DNA of 64,000 bases. It comes from an uncultured Pelagibacteraceae bacterium. GTDB taxonomy: Bacteria > Pseudomonadota > Alphaproteobacteria > Pelagibacterales > Pelagibacteraceae. The translations under genes were made by a program, and so were the position numbers. Below are positions 61,161-64,000 of this stretch, in pieces (position 1 is the first letter of the stretch; each line of letters begins with the position of its first letter). Where the stretch lies: contig CACIQS010000001.1 in NCBI GenBank assembly GCA_902588855.1, positions 37,083 to 101,082 of the forward strand, read 5' to 3'. The notes below the pieces were generated by a model that saw only the letters and a list, made by a program, of their open reading frames with translations, was not told the DNA's origin and searched no databases.

Positions 61161-62167
61161 TTTGTTTCAGCTTTTAATTGTGCTTTTATTGCAAGTTCCA
61201 TTGAAAGATAAGTTAATTCCTGTGAGCAAGCAGTTTCAGTTCTATTGATTACATCATTAATTAAATTTCTAAAGTAGGGAAGCTTAACATCAGAGCAATC
61301 GATGTGTTTAACTTCTTCATTATTGGCTAAATATAAATGATTACCTTTTTCTGATTTTGCTAAATCTGTATATTTTCTTATTTCTATATAGCCTTTATCT
61401 CCAAGGATTAATAATCTTCCATCTCCCCATGTTGGAAGTGCATCTGGAGTGAACCAATCTAATCTAACGTAACCATGTCCACCATTACCTGTTAGATTAA
61501 CCTCTCCAAAATCTTGAAAACCAGGCTTTTCCTTCTTGGTAGTGTTTTCTACAAGAGCATGATTAATTTTTGCTTCATTTGAATTTGTAAATACTAAAAA
61601 TTGATGAATCTGATGTGAGCCTATATCAGTAATTATCCCTCCATAACTTTCTCTATCATAAAACCAATCTGGTCTTTCATAATTGCCTTGTCTGTGCGGA
61701 CCAGTACCAATTGTTTGCTTTACTTTACCAATTTTTCCTTCGATAACTAATTCTTCAGCTTTAGCAACAGCTGGAACATGAAACCTTTCTGAAAAATTAA
61801 CTGACCAAATTTTTCCAGTTTCTTTTACTGTTTGTTTAAGCTTGTTTAATTGATCTATAGAAGTGCAACCGGGTTTATCTACCATCACATCTTTTCCAGC
61901 TTTTAAAGCTTCTATTGAATTATGAGCTCTATCTTTAGGAACTGAAGATATTAAAATCATATCAATAGATGGATCATTTAATATTTCTTCCTTGTTTTCT
62001 TTTCTTTTAATATTTGGATATTTTGAATTAAATTCTTTTAAAGTTAATGGATCATCTTTTGTCCAAAAATGATTACACTCACATCCTTCTTTTAACATTT
62101 CATCCAGCATGTCGAAGATATGACCGTGATCGATACCTATCACTCCAAGATTAATAGTCTTTTTCAT
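61157..62167 (-). CDS. Gfo/Idh/MocA family oxidoreductase
   Basis: IGIDHGHI, DVMVDKPG, GGIITDIGSHQI, DWFTPDALPTWGDGR. Confidence 0.92.
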   Translation of the reverse strand: MKKTINLGVIGIDHGHIFDMLDEMLKEGCECNHFWTKDDPLTLKEFNSKYPNIKRKENKEEILNDPSIDMILISSVPKDRAHNSIEALKAGKDVMVDKPGCTSIDQLNKLKQTVKETGKIWSVNFSERFHVPAVAKAEELVIEGKIGKVKQTIGTGPHRQGNYERPDWFYDRESYGGIITDIGSHQIHQFLVFTNSNEAKINHALVENTTKKEKPGFQDFGEVNLTGNGGHGYVRLDWFTPDALPTWGDGRLLILGDKGYIEIRKYTDLAKSEKGNHLYLANNEEVKHIDCSDVKLPYFRNLINDVINRTETACSQELTYLSMELAIKAQLKAETK

Positions 62168-62171
62168 CTTT

Positions 62172-62996
62172 TTAGTAAGTTCCTTGTTTTTCTGAACCGT
62201 TATAAAAGATTTCTTGTAGATATTTATTTTCTCTAATTCTTAAAGATTTGCCTTCTTCACTCATTAATGAATTAGTACGATTAATAACTTCGTGATAATG
62301 ATATTCATCTTTTCCTCTAGCAATTTGAACACTATTTTTTCCTAAAATTTGTTTTACGTTAGTTCCTATGTAACTTTGAACCGCAAAACCAATTCTTCGA
62401 TCATTACTTTTATTTATTCCAGAGCCATGAACTATTCTTGGATGATGTAAAGACATTTGACCCGCGTTAAGCTCTACAGGTTTAACTTCATTTTCTGGCA
62501 CTCCTTCTACTGTTTGACCACGTGTTAATAGGTTTCCTTCATTAAACTTTTGGTTATGATCTTTTAGTTCAATATGAGACTTAGGCCACATTCTCATGCA
62601 ACCATTTATATTATTTGAATCTGTAATTGCTATCCATGCAGTGACCCAATTATGAGGTTCTAACCCAATATATTTTGCATCTTGATGATAGCTTACAAAT
62701 CCATCTTGTTTAGGGTTTTTTATAAACAAAGTTGTACTACAAACTAAAATATTTTTTCCAATAATACTCTCAACTGCATCAAGAATTTTAGAATTATGAG
62801 CAATGGCATCTAGTTTAGGAGAGATTAAGTGAACATTGTATCTACCAGATTTATCAATTTCATTTGGCATTTCTTTTTCAATTAGCTCAATTTCATTTCT
62901 TGCTTCTAAAGCCTCTTCTTTAGTTAAAATATCTAACGGAGCAACATATCCCTCTTCATTGTACTGTTTCAGTTGATTTGAATTAAGATAAGTCAT
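62172..62996 (-). CDS. PhyH family Fe(II)/2-oxoglutarate dioxygenase
   Basis: YHQD (HxD), WIAITD, NGCMR, IVHGSGIN, RRIG. Confidence 0.9.
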   Translation of the reverse strand: MTYLNSNQLKQYNEEGYVAPLDILTKEEALEARNEIELIEKEMPNEIDKSGRYNVHLISPKLDAIAHNSKILDAVESIIGKNILVCSTTLFIKNPKQDGFVSYHQDAKYIGLEPHNWVTAWIAITDSNNINGCMRMWPKSHIELKDHNQKFNEGNLLTRGQTVEGVPENEVKPVELNAGQMSLHHPRIVHGSGINKSNDRRIGFAVQSYIGTNVKQILGKNSVQIARGKDEYHYHEVINRTNSLMSEEGKSLRIRENKYLQEIFYNGSEKQGTY

Positions 62997-63014
62997 ATTA
63001 TTTTTAAAGATTAT

Positions 63015-63803
63015 ATGAGTGCTATTATTACTTCAATAAATAACTGTCCTGTAAAATCTATTTCATTTCAAAATATTGAAAAATGTAAAATTGATAAAAA
63101 TGTTGGGATAGAGGGGGATAGAGTATTTGCTTTTTCTCAAAATCTTGATTTGGATCAATCTAAAGAAATTGAAAAAAACCCTGAAGCAAGAAAAGGAAAA
63201 TGGAATAAAATTGTAACACTTAAAAATACTCCTGTGTTTAATAAGTATAATTTTTTATATAAGAATAATAAGTTAACTTTAACAATTAAAGATAAAGAAA
63301 TTATTACCATTAATGTTAATGACTCTAATGAAAGAGACAATCTTGTAAAAAAATTAATTGAATTAGAGGGTTCTTTAAAAAATGATATTAGACTTATGAA
63401 AAATGATGAGCACCCTTTTTATGATACTTCCATATCTAATAAATCAATGTTTAGAAATTCAATTTCTCTTTTAAACATTAATAGCATCAAAGATTTTGAG
63501 AATAAAATTGATCAAAAAATTGAAAAATCTATTTTTCGAGGCAATTTATATTTTGATGGAATTGAAGCTTGGGAAGAAAGAAATTGGATTGGTAAAACAA
63601 TAAAAATAAATAACGTTTTGTTTAAAGTTGAAAAAAATATTCCAAGATGTGTTGCAATTAACTTAAAACCTAAAACAGATGACAATTCTTTTAATTTACT
63701 TAAAACTTTAAAAGAAACTTACGATCATTACGATATGGGTGTTTATTTAACACCTGAAAATGATGGTGAAATAAATTTATCAGAAAAAATCCTTATAAAA
63801 TAA
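63015..63803 (+). CDS. MOSC domain protein
   Basis: PVKS, GIEGDRVFA, FRGNLY, IPRCVAIN, MGVY. Confidence 0.88.
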   Translation: MSAIITSINNCPVKSISFQNIEKCKIDKNVGIEGDRVFAFSQNLDLDQSKEIEKNPEARKGKWNKIVTLKNTPVFNKYNFLYKNNKLTLTIKDKEIITINVNDSNERDNLVKKLIELEGSLKNDIRLMKNDEHPFYDTSISNKSMFRNSISLLNINSIKDFENKIDQKIEKSIFRGNLYFDGIEAWEERNWIGKTIKINNVLFKVEKNIPRCVAINLKPKTDDNSFNLLKTLKETYDHYDMGVYLTPENDGEINLSEKILIK

Positions 63804-63831
63804 ATATTAGACAACTTAAGATTGAATAAAA

Positions 63832-63888
63832 TTATTTTGGGTGGGTGTACACAGCTTCTCTAATCTGTTTAAATTTATCCAAACATAA
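63832..63888 (+). other. Long imperfect hairpin in the 5' leader of the right-edge gene
   Basis: TTATTTTGGGTGGGT (63832-63846) pairs with ATTTATCCAAACATAA (63873-63888) using G-U pairs and one bulge; inner stem ACAG/CTGT. Confidence 0.45.
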
Positions 63889-63902
63889 CTAAGGGGTATA
63901 TA

Positions 63903-64000
63903 ATGAGAAAAATATATAAGACTTTAACTGTTTTATTTGTTCTTCTGTTTAGTATTTCGACTGTTAATGCAAAAACATTAACCGAAAGGCTTGCGGACGG
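63903..64000 (+). CDS. Start of an exported protein (truncated at the right edge)
   Basis: SD AAGGGG, then MRKIYKTLTVLFVLLFSISTVNAKTLTERLAD..., a typical Sec signal peptide with a VNA-K cleavage site. Confidence 0.7.
   Translation, partial: MRKIYKTLTVLFVLLFSISTVNAKTLTERLAD

Noticed and set aside
143-63340. Many short antisense or alternate-frame ORFs in the track (e.g. 143-445, 4451-4814, 7143-7412, 15516-15884, 21085-21525, 24115-24528, 55091-55489)
   Set aside because: They lie inside well-supported genes, have no recognisable motifs and look like shadow ORFs.

Overview
AT-rich, very tightly packed bacterial chromosome segment. Gene content, gene order (recA-alaS-icd-psd-pssA-rlmE-guaB-guaA ... 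tandem glycine riboswitch-gcvTHP ... fdh ... creatinase-amidinotransferase-ltaE), the near absence of spacers and the alphaproteobacterial SOS boxes point to a SAR11/Pelagibacterales genome (inference). The left ~10 kb looks accessory: a GH-A-like hydrolase fragment, two secreted polysaccharide-lyase-like paralogues flanking a complete ureDABCEFG urease cassette, and umuDC with a LexA box. The rest carries housekeeping genes, a pyroglutamate uptake/5-oxoprolinase locus, glycine cleavage, a putative furan/methyl fatty-acid modification cluster, NAD-linked formate dehydrogenase with Moco genes, an EamA-creatinase-glycine amidinotransferase-threonine aldolase operon and an oxidoreductase cluster. 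The strongest leads are (i) the creatinase/amidinotransferase/threonine aldolase operon, which with urease could form a guanidino-compound-to-glycine/ammonia route; (ii) an orphan intergenic element with a 31-bp-spaced pair of NrdR-like boxes, a perfect DnaA box and three GANTC sites next to umuD; (iii) the ufa-like lipid cluster; and (iv) a long G-U-rich 5'-UTR hairpin at the right edge. I saw no rRNA, tRNA, CRISPR array, integrase or transposase. All product calls come from recognising motifs by eye; no database search was run.
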